DNA from: Octopus sinensis
Lineage: Eukaryota
Assembly (NCBI RefSeq): GCF_006345805.1
Contig: NC_043007.1
Span: forward strand, 28,892,001 to 28,956,000
Length of the DNA stretch: 64,000 nt
Reading direction: 5' to 3'
The notes below the pieces were generated by a model. That model saw nothing but the letters and a program-made list of their open reading frames with translations. It searched no databases and was not told the origin of the DNA. This document shows, piece after piece, positions 26,580 through 41,404 of the stretch. The position numbers and the translations under genes are program-made. The first letter of the stretch is position 1; each line of letters opens with the position of its first letter.

Positions 26580-28010
26580 CTATCATCATCATCATTGTTT
26601 AATGCCTGCTTTCCATGCTGGCATGGGTTGGATGGTTTGACTGAAAACTGGTGAGCTGGGAGGCTGCACCAGGATCCAATCTCATTTAGCAAGGTTTCTA
26701 CAGCTGGATACCCTTCTTAACACCAACCACTCTGAGAGCGTAGTGGGTACTTTTTACATGCCACCGGTAAGGGGCCAGTTAGGCAGCAGTGGCATTGACC
26801 ATGCTCAAATGCTGCTTTTTACATGCCACTGGAACAGAATCAGTCAGGTGGCACTGGCATCGACCATGTTTGTACGGTGCTTTTTATGTGCCACTAACAC
26901 ATGAGCCAGTCCATTGCGACTGGCATCGACCATGCTCAAATGGTGCTTTTACGTGCCACTAGCACAGGTGCCAGTCAGGCAGTGCTAGCATTGACCATGT
27001 CAATGATTTCACTTGACTCAACAGGTCTTCTAAAGCACAGTATATTGCCCAATGATTGAAGGGTTCTCTTCAAATGAGCCGGTTATGCTACACTGGCATA
27101 GGCCACGGTTACAGTCTCACTTGGTTTTCCGGGTCTTCTCAAGCACTGCATATCTCCAAAGGTCTCAGTCACTTGTCATTGCTTTAGTGAGGCCCAACAT
27201 TCAAAGGTCGTGCTTCACCACCTCATCCCAGGTCTTCCTGGGTCTACTTCTTCCACAGGTTCCCTCCACTGTTAGGGTGTGACACTTTTTCACACAGCTG
27301 TCCTCATCCATACGCAACACACGACCATACCAGCACAGTCATCTCTCTTGCACACCACATCTGATGCTTCTTATGTCCAACTTTTCTCTCAGGGCGCTTA
27401 CATTCTGTCCTGTATGCACACTGACATTACACATCCAGTGGAGCATACCGGCTTCATTCCTTGCAAGCCTATGCATGTTCTCAGCAGTCACGGCCCACGT
27501 TTCATGGCTGTTTGTACACATGCAGATTACAGTCTACCATTCACTCTGAGTGAGATTCCCTTTGTCACCAGCAGAGGTAGGAGCTCTCTGAACTTTGCCC
27601 AGACTATTCTTATTCTAGCAGCTACGATCTCAGAGCATCCGCACCCAACTACTGACTTGGTCACCTAGGTAACGGAAGCTACGAACAACTTGTAGTTTTT
27701 TTTTCCTGGAATGTGACAAAAGCTATTCTCTGCATGTTTTCAGAGTTTATTGCTCCAGAGTATCTGCCACATACAAAAACCATCTTTCCAGTTAGCCTTC
27801 CTTTGATATTGCTGCACCTGTTATGTATCCATAGCTTACACTGGGTACATCTTATGGAGTTTCTAGATCGAGCAGAGCCATCTATCTGAAGGGATTTGTG
27901 GTTTGTCTTCCTACTTACTAAGACTTTGGTTTTTACTAGATTGACTCTAAGGCCCTTCGATTCTAGACCTTGCTTCAACACTTGAAACTTCTCTAGTTCT
28001 GTTAGTAACT

Positions 28011-28015
<5 letters not shown>
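26580..28015 (-). mobile_element. 5'-truncated RTE LINE
   Basis: ORFs 27679-28074 and 27339-27521 homologous to 655-2039; tandemly repeated 3' UTR. Confidence 0.9.
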
Positions 28016-28052
<37 letters not shown>

Positions 28053-28075
28053 ACACACACACACACACATACATA

Positions 28076-29260
28076 TTAGGTCATCCCATAAGTGGTAAAC
28101 ACTATTAAACAAATCTCTTTTGGTAAAGCACCTGGCAGGAATGCTATTCCTCCTGAAATTTACAGACATGGTGGACAAAAATGTTTTAAGAAACTGCGTG
28201 ACCTCTTCATAAACATCTGGAAGGTAGGTCATGTACTTCAAGGATGCCTCAATCCAACATCTGTACAAAAACAAAGGAAACAGAAGTGTCTGTGATAACC
28301 ATTGTGGAATATCGCTTCTGTCTATTGTTTGGAAGATTCTTGCTTGACTCATTCTTGAGAGGATCATCAAACAACATTGTAAACGATATCTACCCAGAAT
28401 CACAGTGCAGATTTCGCTCTGGTTGTGGCACTAACAACATGATCTTTTCCCTCCAACAGGTCATGAAGAAGGTATGTGAGGAAAATCAAGAGTTGTTCTT
28501 GATATTTGTTGACCTTACCAAGGCCTTTGACACTGTTAACCGGCAAGCACTTGGGAAAGTTCTGAAAAAGCTTAGTAGACCTGACAAGATGTTGAATCTT
28601 ATCATCTCCTTTCATGAGGGTTAGGGTCTGGTGACGAATCTTTGGCTTCCTTTGACATCACAAACGGCACAAAGCAAGGTTATGTTATGGCCCCTGTTTT
28701 GTTTGCCCTCTTCTTTTCAGTGATGCTAAGGTATGCTTTTGGCAACATACAAAGTGGTGTCAGATTCCAGTTTTGAACAAGTGGTGGACTATTCAATCAT
28801 CAGCATTTCAAAGCCAGGACACTGCTATGCACCAGTATCATTTGTGATCTACTTTTTGCAGATGATGCTGCACCAGTAGCAACCTCTTTAGAGGAAACTT
28901 CTAGACCGGTTTTCTGCTGCATGTAAAGCTTTTGTTTTGACCATCAGCATAAAGTAGGGGGAAGTGATCCACCAACCTCGCTCTACTCCAAAACAAATTC
29001 GAGGTGTCAAGCAGAGACCACCAGCTTCCTGACACTCCTATACAGGTTGATGGGAAAAGCCTAAATTATGTGAAGTCTTTTACATATCTTGGTAGTAAAA
29101 TGAATTTGAGTGCTTCTCTTGATGATGAAATTGTCAACAGTCTTGTAAAAAGCAACCAATGCAATTGCCAAACTCTGTCATTGCCTATGGAATGAAAGGG
29201 GCTTCAAACTTGACACCAAAGTACAGGTCTATAAAGCTGCCATTCTTACTACTCTCTTTG
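28076..29260 (+). mobile_element. RTE/BovB-like LINE RT fragment (different family)
   Basis: GKAPG..IPPEI, QCRFRSG, FVDLTKAFDTVNR, GTKQG..APVLF, LFADD, FTYLGS. Confidence 0.85.
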
Positions 29261-29267
29261 TTATGTG

Positions 29268-29321
<54 letters not shown>

Positions 29322-29345
29322 TACATATACATACATACATATACG

Positions 29346-29682
29346 TGGAGGCACATGGTTCAGTAGTTAGGGTGTTAAGCTCACAATCATGAGGTAGTGA
29401 GTTCAATTCCTGGACTGGGCTGTTGTATTCTTCAGCAAGACACTTTATTTCATATTGCTTCAGTTCTCTCAACTTTTTGAAATGAGTTGTGACATCACTG
29501 GTGCCAAGCTGGGCCCCTTTGCCCTTCCCTTGGATAATATCAGTGGCATGGAGAGAGGAGGCTGGTATGCATGGGCAACTACTGGCCTTCCATAAACAAC
29601 CTTGCCCAGATTTGTGTCTTAGAGAGTAACTTTCTAGGTGCACTCTCATGGTCATTCATGACCAAAGGGGGTCTTTACCCTT
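29346..29682 (+). mobile_element. tRNA-derived SINE
   Basis: A-box-like tggttcagtag, B-box gagttcaattcc; related copies on minus at ~32160-32372 and ~47610-48200. Confidence 0.75.
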
Positions 29683-29700
29683 TTTATATATCTATCTCTA

Positions 29701-29735
<35 letters not shown>

Positions 29736-29979
29736 ACCTAAATTCTTGCCATAATTCTCTACAGTCATATTCAGAACAGACCCATTTACCCAAACTATGC
29801 CTCTCCCACCTTTCAGTAAATTTACTGGACTGTAGCAATTCATTTTCCACCTTCATCTTCAAGAAGTACATGAAGAGTTTATGAGAGCTTGGCCAGCAAG
29901 GAACAGGTATGCATTAAGCCAAGAGTTAACTTAAATTCTTGGCTTCTTCCTCAATATTATCCTTTTATCAAGGGCAAAC

Positions 29980-30640
29980 ATTATCATCATCATTTAATGT
30001 CCGTTTTTTATGCTGGCATGGGTTGGACGGTTTGACTGGGTATTGGCGAGCCAGTATGCTGTGCCAGGCTCGAATCTCATCTGGCAAGGTTTCTACAGCT
30101 GGATGCCCTTCCTAACACCAACCACTCCGAGAGCATAGTGGGTGCTTTTTACAAGCCACTAGCACAGGAGCCAGTCAAGCAGCACTGGTATCGAGCATAT
30201 TTTGATGGTGCTTTTCATGTGCCATCAGCACAGGAGCCATTTGGGGGAGACTGGCATCGATCACGTTCAGATGGTGCTTTTTACCTGTCACTGGCATGGT
30301 GAGCCAGTCAGGTGGCACTGGTATCGACCCACATTTGAATGGTGCTTATAACATGCCACCAGCACGGGTGTCATTCAGCTGGTACTGGCATTGGTCACAA
30401 CTACAATTTCCATTTTGATTTCAATCTTGATTTGCCTTTGATTTTGAATTTTGATTTTACTTGACTCAATAGGTCTTCTCAAGCACGGAATGTCGCCCGA
30501 TGATTCAAGGGTACTTTTAAATGGGCTGATTATGCAACACTGGTATCAGCCACAGCTGTGGTCTCACTTTACTTGCCTGGTCTTCTCAATCACAGCATAT
30601 CTCCTAAGGTCTCAGTCTCTTGTCATTGCTTCTGTGAGGC
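29980..30640 (-). mobile_element. RTE LINE 3' UTR
   Basis: Family 3' UTR; closely similar to 44980-45572 in opposite orientation. Confidence 0.8.
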
Positions 30641-32383
30641 ACAAGATATCTAATCAGAAATAATTATTCAGTGAGGAAAAGACAGTACTAGTTTAATATT
30701 ATACCAAACATTTCAGCAAGTAAGGGAGATAAGTGAGAACATGTTTTAGTATTATTGGACCACTTCAGTGAAACAGACTTCATTTTCAGTGATGAGGGAA
30801 TCACTAATTAAAGATGTAAGGGTGATAGGTTATCATATATAAAAGCATATAACTTAGTCATTCAGGGATGTTGCATTATTAAGTGCATGAGTATGTGTGA
30901 GTGGTAATAAGGATGTCTGTGTATAATGGTGATAACAGAGACATTTATGTGTAGTAATGAAGGTGACAATCAAGATGTGTGTGTATGTATACATACACCT
31001 TAGACAAGTGTCTTCTCTTTTGATCTTGAATCAACCAAGCCCTACCACTGAAATTTAGTAAATGGAAACTGTGTGGAAGCTCATCAAAGTTACAGTTTCT
31101 GTTTTTGGGTGGTTCACTTAATCTATTAGCCATCTGTTCCTCAAAATCTTTTAGCTGCATACACTCCACTGCAAGTATTTAAGGCAAGGTTTCCGCTCCA
31201 AGGAAGAAATTTGTACTTTCCTCCCATTAGAACTAGATGTGATGAAAAGATTCATTTGGGTTTTTCTTCCCCCTTCACAAGCCATAATACCATTCACCAT
31301 GAAAAGGTTTATTTCCTAAAAAGGGTGAACAGAAGGGACGAAGAGGACGAGGAGAGGAGGAGGAGGAGGAGGGAGAAAGCTATAGTTGATTGTACCAAAG
31401 CTACTGTATTCTCTGAATTTAGGAAGATGTAGCTTTCTCGTAGACATATTAAACCATCTCGTTCAGTGCTCTGGCTTTGTAGTTTCAACTCATCCTAAAT
31501 GGAATTATAATTAAAGATTTATATCTGAAATTCAGCTTGGAATGCAAGACATACATATACACACACTGAACGGCAATACCAGCACACAGAGATAGATAGA
31601 CAGATATGTATACGCAGAAACATATACATGTATCTCTCACTCTCGTCCACACACACACACACACACACGTACACACACACGCATAGATATATATGATGTT
31701 GTGCACATGTGAGTGTCTGTATTGTATATTTTCAATAAGGGCAGCATATATATACTTATATGTAACATGTTAAATGTGTAAAAATGTGTGACCATTAACA
31801 AAGGAAAAACAGATTTAAGATTTTATTTCATGGCAGAGGAGGTGTGTGTGGGGGGAGTGAATATGTAGGAAGATGTTGAAATTGTTGTCTTCCTGACAAA
31901 AGAACAATGTCTTACGGGATGTTCAGGCTAAATTTGATGATCTTTTTATGTCCTTTTTTCTTTTGAGGATCAGCTTGATATATTGGTGAACAGTCAATGG
32001 ATGTGGAGAGCATAAAGATGAAAGTTGCAGTTGTGAAAAAGTTAGCTAAGAAGGCGGATTGGAAGCCATGTGAATATTGGGAAAGAGTTTACTTGTATCA
32101 TGGTGATTCATGATGGGTATCAAAATGCCAAGATTATGGCTGCTGCTCAATACTCTGTGAACATGGTTAAAGACTGTAAGACATGACATAGAAAGGCAAA
32201 GGTCCATACAGCTTGGCACCAGTGTCATGGCAACTCATTTCTACAGCTGAGTGAACTGGAGCAGGGTGAAATAAAGTGTCTTGCTCAAGAACACAGCACA
32301 CAGCCCTGTCCAGGAATCAAACTCACAACCTCAAGATTGTGAGCCTGACACACTAACCACTGAGTCATGCACTTTTGTATATA

Positions 32384-32419
<36 letters not shown>

Positions 32420-32480
32420 ATGTGTGTGTGTATGTGTGAGTGTGTGTGTGTGTGCGCATGTGAGTATCTGTCTGTCTATA

Positions 32481-32553
<73 letters not shown>

Positions 32554-32905
32554 CCTGTGTGTTTATGAGAGAGAGAGAGAGAGAGATCAAGGAAGAACAG
32601 ACATAAAATTGAAGATGCTTATGATAACCTTGAGGAGGTGAAGGGAGATATATATACATATGTATGTAAAAGATAAAAAGTAACTTGTAAGAATCTGCGA
32701 ATTTCATTTTTGACAAATACATCTCTACTCCTATATCAATAGATATATACTCACTGTGCTTGTTTGTGAGCCTATTTATGTAGCTGTAGTATTTGTGTAT
32801 ACACATGTATGCACAACTGCACATGTATGTGTACATTAGTTTAAAAAAAACCGTGCCCAACTTGTAAACATTTCATACACCACTTCACTGAAACAGGATG
32901 TATTC

Positions 32906-32951
<46 letters not shown>

Positions 32952-34017
32952 GTACATACACACATACATACAAACATGCACATGTACATACAGACACAGA
33001 TATAGTGAAATAGAGTTAAACTTGTTATTTCAACAATCTCACTTTACTAAAATATAAGTTAAACAAACAAATAAGCAGAGAAAATTGAAATTCTACATAT
33101 TTCAAATATAATTTTCAGAGAATTCTTCTACTGAGGAAGAAAGCCATCATGTTTGGGTTCAGTTGTCATTCTTCTTCACAGGGGATTCCATTTAGTGTCA
33201 CATGTACGAGGTGGTTCACCCCTTACTAACTTGATAGCTGCTTTAGTGATCCTATCTAAAAAGTACAATTTATAACATCCTTGCTGTCATTCGATTCATG
33301 TGAAGGAGTTTAACGAGGTGAATAGGGAAAATAAATATGTACACCTAATTAAATATGCACACTCCAGGCTCATTACAATGCTGATGAAGAGAAAAATGGT
33401 AAAATTCAGAAGGTGGAGACAGCCAAGTTTTGAAAAATACCTGAAAAGTGTTTCAGAAGGACTTGGTAAGGAATGCCAAGCTTTTTCATGACTACCAAAG
33501 ATACAATGTTCAAATAACTGAGTTTCACAAAGTTTTTGATAAATATTCCAAGAATACTCTAAAAAAAAAACACACACTTGAAACAAAAAAGACTAATCTT
33601 ACAGAATGTGTAGATTGCAATAAAAATCGTGTAAGTAGAAAGAATATGACCGACCAAATGGAGGCATGTTTGTCCATCTCTCTATAAAAGGTGTTTGTTA
33701 ATACAGCCATCACTTCTCATCAATGCAAACAGCAACATAGCTTCACCGTTGAATATGGTTACTTTATGATATTCCTACCAAACTGTCAGTATGGTGCACA
33801 ACTTTGATTTAATCTCTACTTCATGAATCCAGATGTGACCTTCTACCCTCTAAGTTTCAGCTATGACCACTTGTGGCTTTTATCAAACAGAACACACATC
33901 AGCTCAGCGCCATGGAACCTCGCGACTTTTTCCTGCAGCTGCCACTATATCCCCTGATCATTCCTTTCAAAGTCGGTTAATGACGATATCGCTTGTATTA
34001 TTTCGGTTGTCCCAAAT

Positions 34018-34054
<37 letters not shown>

Positions 34055-34274
34055 TTATATATATATATATATATCCACTTCACATCATTTTAAATGTCAA
34101 TGATTCGTATTTTATTTTTTTGATTTTGAGATTTTGGAATAAAGAAAAGATTACAAATTAAGATAATTTCTCCGTGTTTGTCTCATTGAGTTTAAAAACC
34201 TGTACAAATATATTCATTCAAACAGTCATACTGCTAAAGTACACCATTACCACTACCATCTCTGCTGTTGCACT

Positions 34275-34800
34275 CATCATCATCATCATCATCATTTAGC
34301 ATCCACTGTCCATGCTGGGTTGGATGGTTTGACCAGGACTAGCAAGCTGAAAGTCTACACTAGGCCCCAGTCTGATTTGGCATGGTTTCTACAGCTGGAT
34401 GCCCTTCCTAATGCCAACCACTCTGAGAGTGTAATGGGTGCTTTTACGTGCCACCAGCATGAGTGCCATTTGCATGACACTGGTATCTGCCACGATTGCA
34501 ATTTCACTCAGCTTGATGGATCTTCTTCTTCTCAAGCATGACATAATGCGAAAGGTCTTGATCATTGCCTCCATGGGACCCTAACACTCGAAAGGAGTTT
34601 TTCATGTGCCACCAGCCTCAGCCACTTTGCCTCTGTGAGGCCCAATGCGTGAAAAGTGCTTTTTATGTGTCACTGGCACAGGTGCCAGTTTCGTGACAAC
34701 AACATCAGCCACAACTGTGATTTCACTTGGCTTGAAGGGTCTTCTTAAGCACAGCATAAGGCCAAAGGTCTCAGTCACCAGTCATTGCCTCTGTGGGGCC
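34275..34800 (-). mobile_element. RTE LINE 3' UTR
   Basis: Family 3' UTR motifs and (CAT)n tail. Confidence 0.75.
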
Positions 34801-35017
34801 CATCATCATCATCATCATCATTAATATTACTTTACACCCACTTTCCATGCTGGCATGGGTTGTTCAGGCTGAGACAGTTCTTATTTTGAGTTACTGCTTT
34901 CTTGGAATGGGTTGAGTACAATGTCTTGCTCATTCTAGCTTTGGCACCTGGTTTTATGAGTCGAGATGAGCTTCCCAAGATCAGTAACTTCACGGAGTGC
35001 ATTGGCACCGACATGAA

Positions 35018-35076
<59 letters not shown>

Positions 35077-38000
35077 AAAGGATGGTAGAGAGCTACATGT
35101 TGATTGTTGAAAAGGACATTGAATAGAAAAACAACCAGAGTGGTTTAATGGTTCAAGAGAGAAGACTAGAAGGAGATAGGTTGAGAGAGTGACATGAGAG
35201 AAAAAAGAGGGACAGATACCAACAAGTGCAGCTGGCTCCTACAGTGAGTGCAGCTAGCTATTATGAGTACAGCTGACTTCTACTCACTATGAGTTTCAGA
35301 ACTAATCCCTGAGCACTCAGCAAAATTTTGAAAACAGGACATAGCATCAGTCTAAGGTTTTACAAAAAGAAGGTCCTGTTATGGGGACACAAAAAATGTT
35401 TGCTATTTCATGCAACAGTGATGTGATCTATGATATTTAGTGATGTTTGAAGGTCTATAAATTAGATGGGAAGAGGGGAATTGAACAGGGACACAATTCA
35501 TTCCATAATTATTTGACCTTTAACCACAATGTAGCTGGCTGAGTTAACAAGAGAACCTTTCCGTACAATGACACATTGAGGAAGTCAGTATAGAAACACT
35601 CAGTTTACTAGAAACAGCAGCTGAATGACTGCCAAAACATATTTGCCATAGAAAAGGGCAAGACATTTTGGATAATATAATCCTAGACATTTGTCTAAAT
35701 AAAAGACGTCAGACACAACTACAATATCTTTGATTATACTAGTAGCAATACTGACCCTGCCACCACCACCACCACCATGCTAGTAATTTCTGCCAGTCCA
35801 TTATGATAAATTGCCACACACACACACACAAACACACAAACACTAATCAAAATGTAATCTGGTAAAGTATGCCACGTTCTAGGTGCCATCATAATCAACC
35901 AGGTAGTAAAAGAGATGTCCTACCAAGTGACTGACGTAGTTGTATCATCATCAACTGCCACAAGAACAAAGGAGATGTACTAGAGATAGGAAATGGTAAA
36001 ACCATCAAAAAGATAATAGCTGATAATGGCAGTGGTGGGAACAGTTATTGCACATCCGATTTAGAAATAATATTGGTGTAGATGAAATGTAGTTTAGCTT
36101 TGTATCAAGAAGTGGATTTACTGCTGACCACTTCCTAGTGAGACAACCGCATAGTTAATAGTTAGCACCTCGACCTAGCGTTAGTTGATTGCAAGAAACT
36201 GTTTTATATGGTTCCAAAATGTTTAATACAACGGTTGTGAAGGAAACTAAGCAAAGACAAATGGTTTGTGAGGGCCGTACAAGTTCTGTCAGTAAGGTAG
36301 AATTAACTAAGTGAAAGTCAGAAATGAATTTTGGAATGGGTCCATCAAGGTTCATTTCTCAGTACCCTTGCACCATCCCTGTTTATTATAGGTCATAAAA
36401 AAGGAATTTAAATTGGATCTCCATGGAAACTCTTGTATCCTTGTGATCTAGCTCAAAGATATAGAACTGAGAGTCCTCAAAGCAAACTTAGCTATTTGCT
36501 TTGCTGTTAACAAAAGATGTTTCTCTCAGAGTAATAAGCAGACTGCCTGGTGCTTGTGAATGGTCTTGGAAGCTGCATGGTAATTAAATAGAAGCACTGA
36601 ATATGAAAAATTTGTGGTGACTAAAAAGAAATGAAACAAGCCTGCTCTGTTGGATGTATAAGGTTAGTGTGCATGACCAATGGAGCACAAATGAGCTGAA
36701 AGTAAAACTGAACTTAAGAGAAACTATACGCAGTCTACAAGAGAAACACTTGCACTGTTAAAGGGTGTAATGTGTAAAGAGGGAGGGTGGGTGTCAACTG
36801 TATGAAAAGGATGGAACCCAAAGAAATGGGATGGAGGAAGGCATGGGTCAGAGGAGTAAAAACTAATCTAGAGAACCTGAACCACATGAAAGAGGTGGAA
36901 AGATGCTGAAGAAGCCTCACTCACTGGTGTTAGCATAACAGAAGGGTTGTTAAAATGATTGTAGTGATGGAAATTATATATCTACAAAGGAACTAAGTGA
37001 GAAAAATCCCCCCTGTTTCCATCTATTGTACAACTCATTAGCCTCTCATCTCTCATCCACACTTTTTCCAAATCACTGTACCACTGCCCCTGGCTTGAGC
37101 AATAGTATTTGGTCTGTCCATTTCCCTATCCACCATCATTACCCTTTATCACTTTCAGTAACCTCACTAGTGCCAGTGGTATATATACCATCATACCACT
37201 CAGTGGTTTTCTATCAAACTTTCTTACCAACCATCAACATCTCTTGCTTTCCCTTTCACATTTTTACTCTATCTTCTTTTACCCATTTGGTCATCAGTTT
37301 CTCTTCCAGTTGACCCTCATGCAACAATCTAGACTAAAGAAGACTCTAGTTTTAAAGGGAATAAGTCAAAGTCTCTCATTCCATTGACTTGTCTCGGAGG
37401 GCAGCATGTCAATATAAGAATTGACCTGAACAAAGTACACAGGCCAAAGCAGCTTGGAAAGTGGATGCATGATGATTAGGATGATGATGATGATGATGAT
37501 GAGAAAGAGGAAGAGGAGATTAATAATTGAAACAACAACACATCTCCAGCATGTTCACGTTTAAAATAAACATAAAAACAGAAATATTTTCCTGATCTAG
37601 AAAAAAATATTTCCAAGATAAACTTTAAAGTAAAACCAAAGTTGAAAAGTGCCAGGAAGCTGCAAGGTTTGTTGCTATGAGATAAGGCAAATATTTATAT
37701 ATTTCCCTAACTTTGGTAGAAAGACTGTTTATGAATGAAGGTGATGTTTAGCACTAAGCTTCCTCATCAGGTCAATGTAAAAATAAACATGAACATCAGA
37801 ACATTTCATAACAGTACAAAATAGTTGAGCTGATAATAAACATAGATGATGATGATGATGATGGTGGCAGCACCACTGCCGCCGCCTTCTGGGATTTGGT
37901 TATACCATGTGTTTGCTCTTTGTAGGCCATCATTTCCACAGAGCTACCAATGGATTATTCTTGTCACGTTGTCTTTTGTAGTCACATTGTGCCAGTTTTG

Positions 38001-38099
38001 GACATTCATTAACAATGTGCCACACTGTTTCCCGCCCCCGCCCCTCTCACCACGCATTCTGCATTTCTAGCCTTCAGTTGTGTTGTCAATTTTGCTCTT

Positions 38100-38720
38100 C
38101 ACATGAGTTGACCTTAGGGCTTGTTCTTGAGCCATGCATATAAGTACTTGTGTCTCCATCTTCAGGTCACTCCTCCACACCAATAACCACTGGTCTTGGT
38201 GTTCATATCTCTTGCAAACTGAGCATACATTTTTTTCCCTTCTGTGTTATTTCTATTTTTGAGTTCTCCTTTTAAAGGTTTTCTTTCCTTACACAATCAT
38301 CAATTTTGATGACACTGGACTTCTTCACATGTTTCAACAATGGTTCCACAGTATTTTTTACATCCCACACTTGGCTCTGCTTTTCCTCTGCTTCAACACC
38401 ATCTAGGCAAATGATCAAACCTTTCCCATCCTTTCTTCTGGACAAGTACAACCCATTCTTGCCACTCTTGCGATGGAATGCTACATTGCACTCAATATTT
38501 TCTCTGTCTTCGCATCTATGCTCATCAGTTCTTTCTTTTGCCAGTTTAGGATTCCAGCTCCATACTGATTGTGTACAATGTCAATCTTAATCTTTGGAAA
38601 TATTCTTTCCTCAGCTGTTCTTTCATTTCCTTCTCCATGACTTTTGTTAAACTCTAGTATGCCAAGGTATTTCTAACCTTCCTTTTCAACTCCAGCAATG
38701 CACTCTACATGTGAGTGGAT
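38100..38720 (-). mobile_element. R4/Dong internal fragment
   Basis: Minus strand reads YLSRKDGKGLI and MAQEQALRS. Confidence 0.7.
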
Positions 38721-39220
38721 TTCCAATGAAACAGGCAAAGAAGTTCAAGTGTCTCCATTCACAAGTGATGGCAGGAGGCTGAATTAAGTGCAAGAATTGT
38801 GGCAACTGATGCATGGTTGGATGCCCTTCCTATCATCAACCCTCACCTGTTTCCATGCAAGCTAATATTCCCCCCTTGGCCAGATATGTCTTTCACAGAA
38901 GACTGGAAATGCTCAACTTCATTTTATATGATGATGATAATGACAATTTGCAACCATCACTTGATATCTAGACAAAAATACACACAAACACACAGATGAT
39001 GGACTTCTTTCAGTTTCCATCAAATCCACTCAGAAGGCTTTGGTTGGCCCAGGGCTAAAGTGGAAGACACTTGCCCAAGGTACCATGCAGTGGGACTGAA
39101 CCCAAGACCACACAGTTGGGAAAGAAGCTTTCCAACCATGCAGTCATACCTGCACGTATGCACAGCCACCCAGTATATGTATATACATGGGTGAGTGTGT
39201 GTATGTGTATGTATATTCAT

Positions 39221-39267
<47 letters not shown>

Positions 39268-39719
39268 CATTCTAATAACCACTTTCCGTGATTGCATGAA
39301 TTGGATGAGCCCCCCCCACACACACACACGTGTGTGTGTGTGTGTGTGATGGGGTGGGGGCACATTACATAGAAACTGCTTTATAGAAGAAACCCCTCAC
39401 AAATTTCAATGTCTTTCAAATCTCCATCTACAATTTATTGGTCTCCTAGATTTCTTCATCTGATAACTTTTATTCCTCAGGTTCAACCCCAGGTTTATCT
39501 GTTGTGATAGTTTCAGTTTTCATGTCAGTTGCAAGTTATTTACACATGACCTCGACCCCAAAGGTCAAGTGACAGGCACCAGGAGGTCTTCTGACTTGTA
39601 TCTATCAAATGGAAGCCGCATCTTCAAAGACATATAAACATAAATCATTTTTCATAGGATTTAGGTTGGTTAGTTGGAAGCCATTGCTTAAACAGATATT
39701 TTTGAAATAAGTTAACTGA

Positions 39720-40620
39720 CAAAACGAGAAGAAATTCCATGGGTCTCACTTGAGAAGACTGTGAACTGTAGTTGTGTGTTGTTAGTGTGATGGTAAGGAA
39801 GAAGAAGAAGATGGTGAAAGATGAAGGAGGGACAAATATGAAGGGGAAGTTAGAAATGCCATTGAATCAATACAAATGTATAATTACACACACAGGCGTA
39901 CACTGAGGACTAATAATTTGTTGCATTGATAGAGTTGGTAGGATGTTACTTAATGGAGCTGGTATTGGTGGTATAAGTTAAGAGTTGAAGGCTAATCATT
40001 TTTATAACTCAGATTTAAAAATAAAATAAATGATTTAAAGACTGGAATAGAATACAAAGAGTTTGTGAAAAAGCAAACAGAGTGAACACATTGGTACAAA
40101 ACCGACAAATATCATGGAGTGATGTTTGTAGAGGCCACAGCCCATGGAGAACTAACCTGTAGATTTAGGAAAGCTCTGAAGGAGACCAAACTCAACATTA
40201 TGATCAGTGAAAAACCAGGGAGCTTCATCAGATCACAACTAAGTAGGGCGTACAGCTTGGAGAATACCATATGCACCAATGATAACCACCTAGTATGTAG
40301 GATCAACCCTGGCATTAACTGTAGAACTAGAAGTGTAGTCTACAGCATAAGGTGCATAGAAAGTGCTTGTAAAGACAAGAAAATGACATACATAGGGGAG
40401 ACATCTAGGAACATTGCGGAAAGACTAAATGAGCATTTGAGACAATATGATGACAAAATAACAGTCATCCATACTCTACCAACATGCCAAGGATCAACAT
40501 GGAGGCAACCTGGGTCAACTTGACATGCGCATTTTATCCAGGCACCTGAAGGACCCAACACTCAGACAAATACAGGGGTACATTCTCATAAATAAAACAT
40601 CCCCAGTACTAAATAGGAAA
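39720..40620 (+). mobile_element. Penelope-like element fragment, Naiad/Chlamys-like (linker plus GIY-YIG endonuclease)
   Basis: ORF 40119-40523: FVEATAHGEL..EKPG..C-x7-C..CRTRSVVYSIRC..YIGETSRNIAERLNEH; frameshifted HVKDQH..DPTLRQI continuation. Confidence 0.75.
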
Positions 40621-41404
40621 TATATGTAGTAGGTAATCATACCCCTATACCTGCAGTTTATATATATATATATATATAGGTAGATTAATTAGTGGGCAGT
40701 TATGTGTGTATGTATCTATAATATACACATATATGAATGTAGGTAAATGGATGCAGACAGATAGGTAATATGAACAGACAAGCACACATACATACGCAAA
40801 TGACCATATATGCACACACTTCACACAAGGACACATATGTAGACATACATTCACACATAGACACAATACATAGTCACAAAACCCATACACAGACACACTT
40901 AGGCATGCACACACAAGGAGACAGAGGTACACTCACATGCAAACACACAAGCATGAACACACAGACATATGAATATGCAGAATACATACAAACATACACA
41001 CATACATACATGAAAATGCACACACACACACATATACATACATGCATACACACACTTACATGCATGCATGCATACATACATACATATATATATACATATA
41101 TATATACATGCATACATATATACATACATATATACATGCATACAAATATACATAGATACATGTGTATGTGCACACACACTGACCCACACACATGTGCACA
41201 AACAAACAAAAAGAATGCAGCTTGGCTAAGACAGAATCAGTGACTCTTGAAAAGGTTGCGAGAAGCAACAAAAATTTTAGGAAAAAATAAATAAGTAAAT
41301 GAGTGGAAACTTTACCGGTGAGTGTGTTAAATAATAAGGCACTAAAAGATAATGACCCTCCCCAGACACAACAAATGATATATAATTTGCACTTTGGTGG
41401 AAGT

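Noticed and set aside
33296-34020. Possible PLE 5' region or decayed hammerhead near 33950
   Set aside because: No diagnostic protein motif and no GAAA box; cannot be supported
40645-41271. Overlapping ORFs rich in Y/I/C/V/H/T (also at 32285, 54591, 59341 and elsewhere)
   Set aside because: Translations of (CA)n/(TA)n microsatellites
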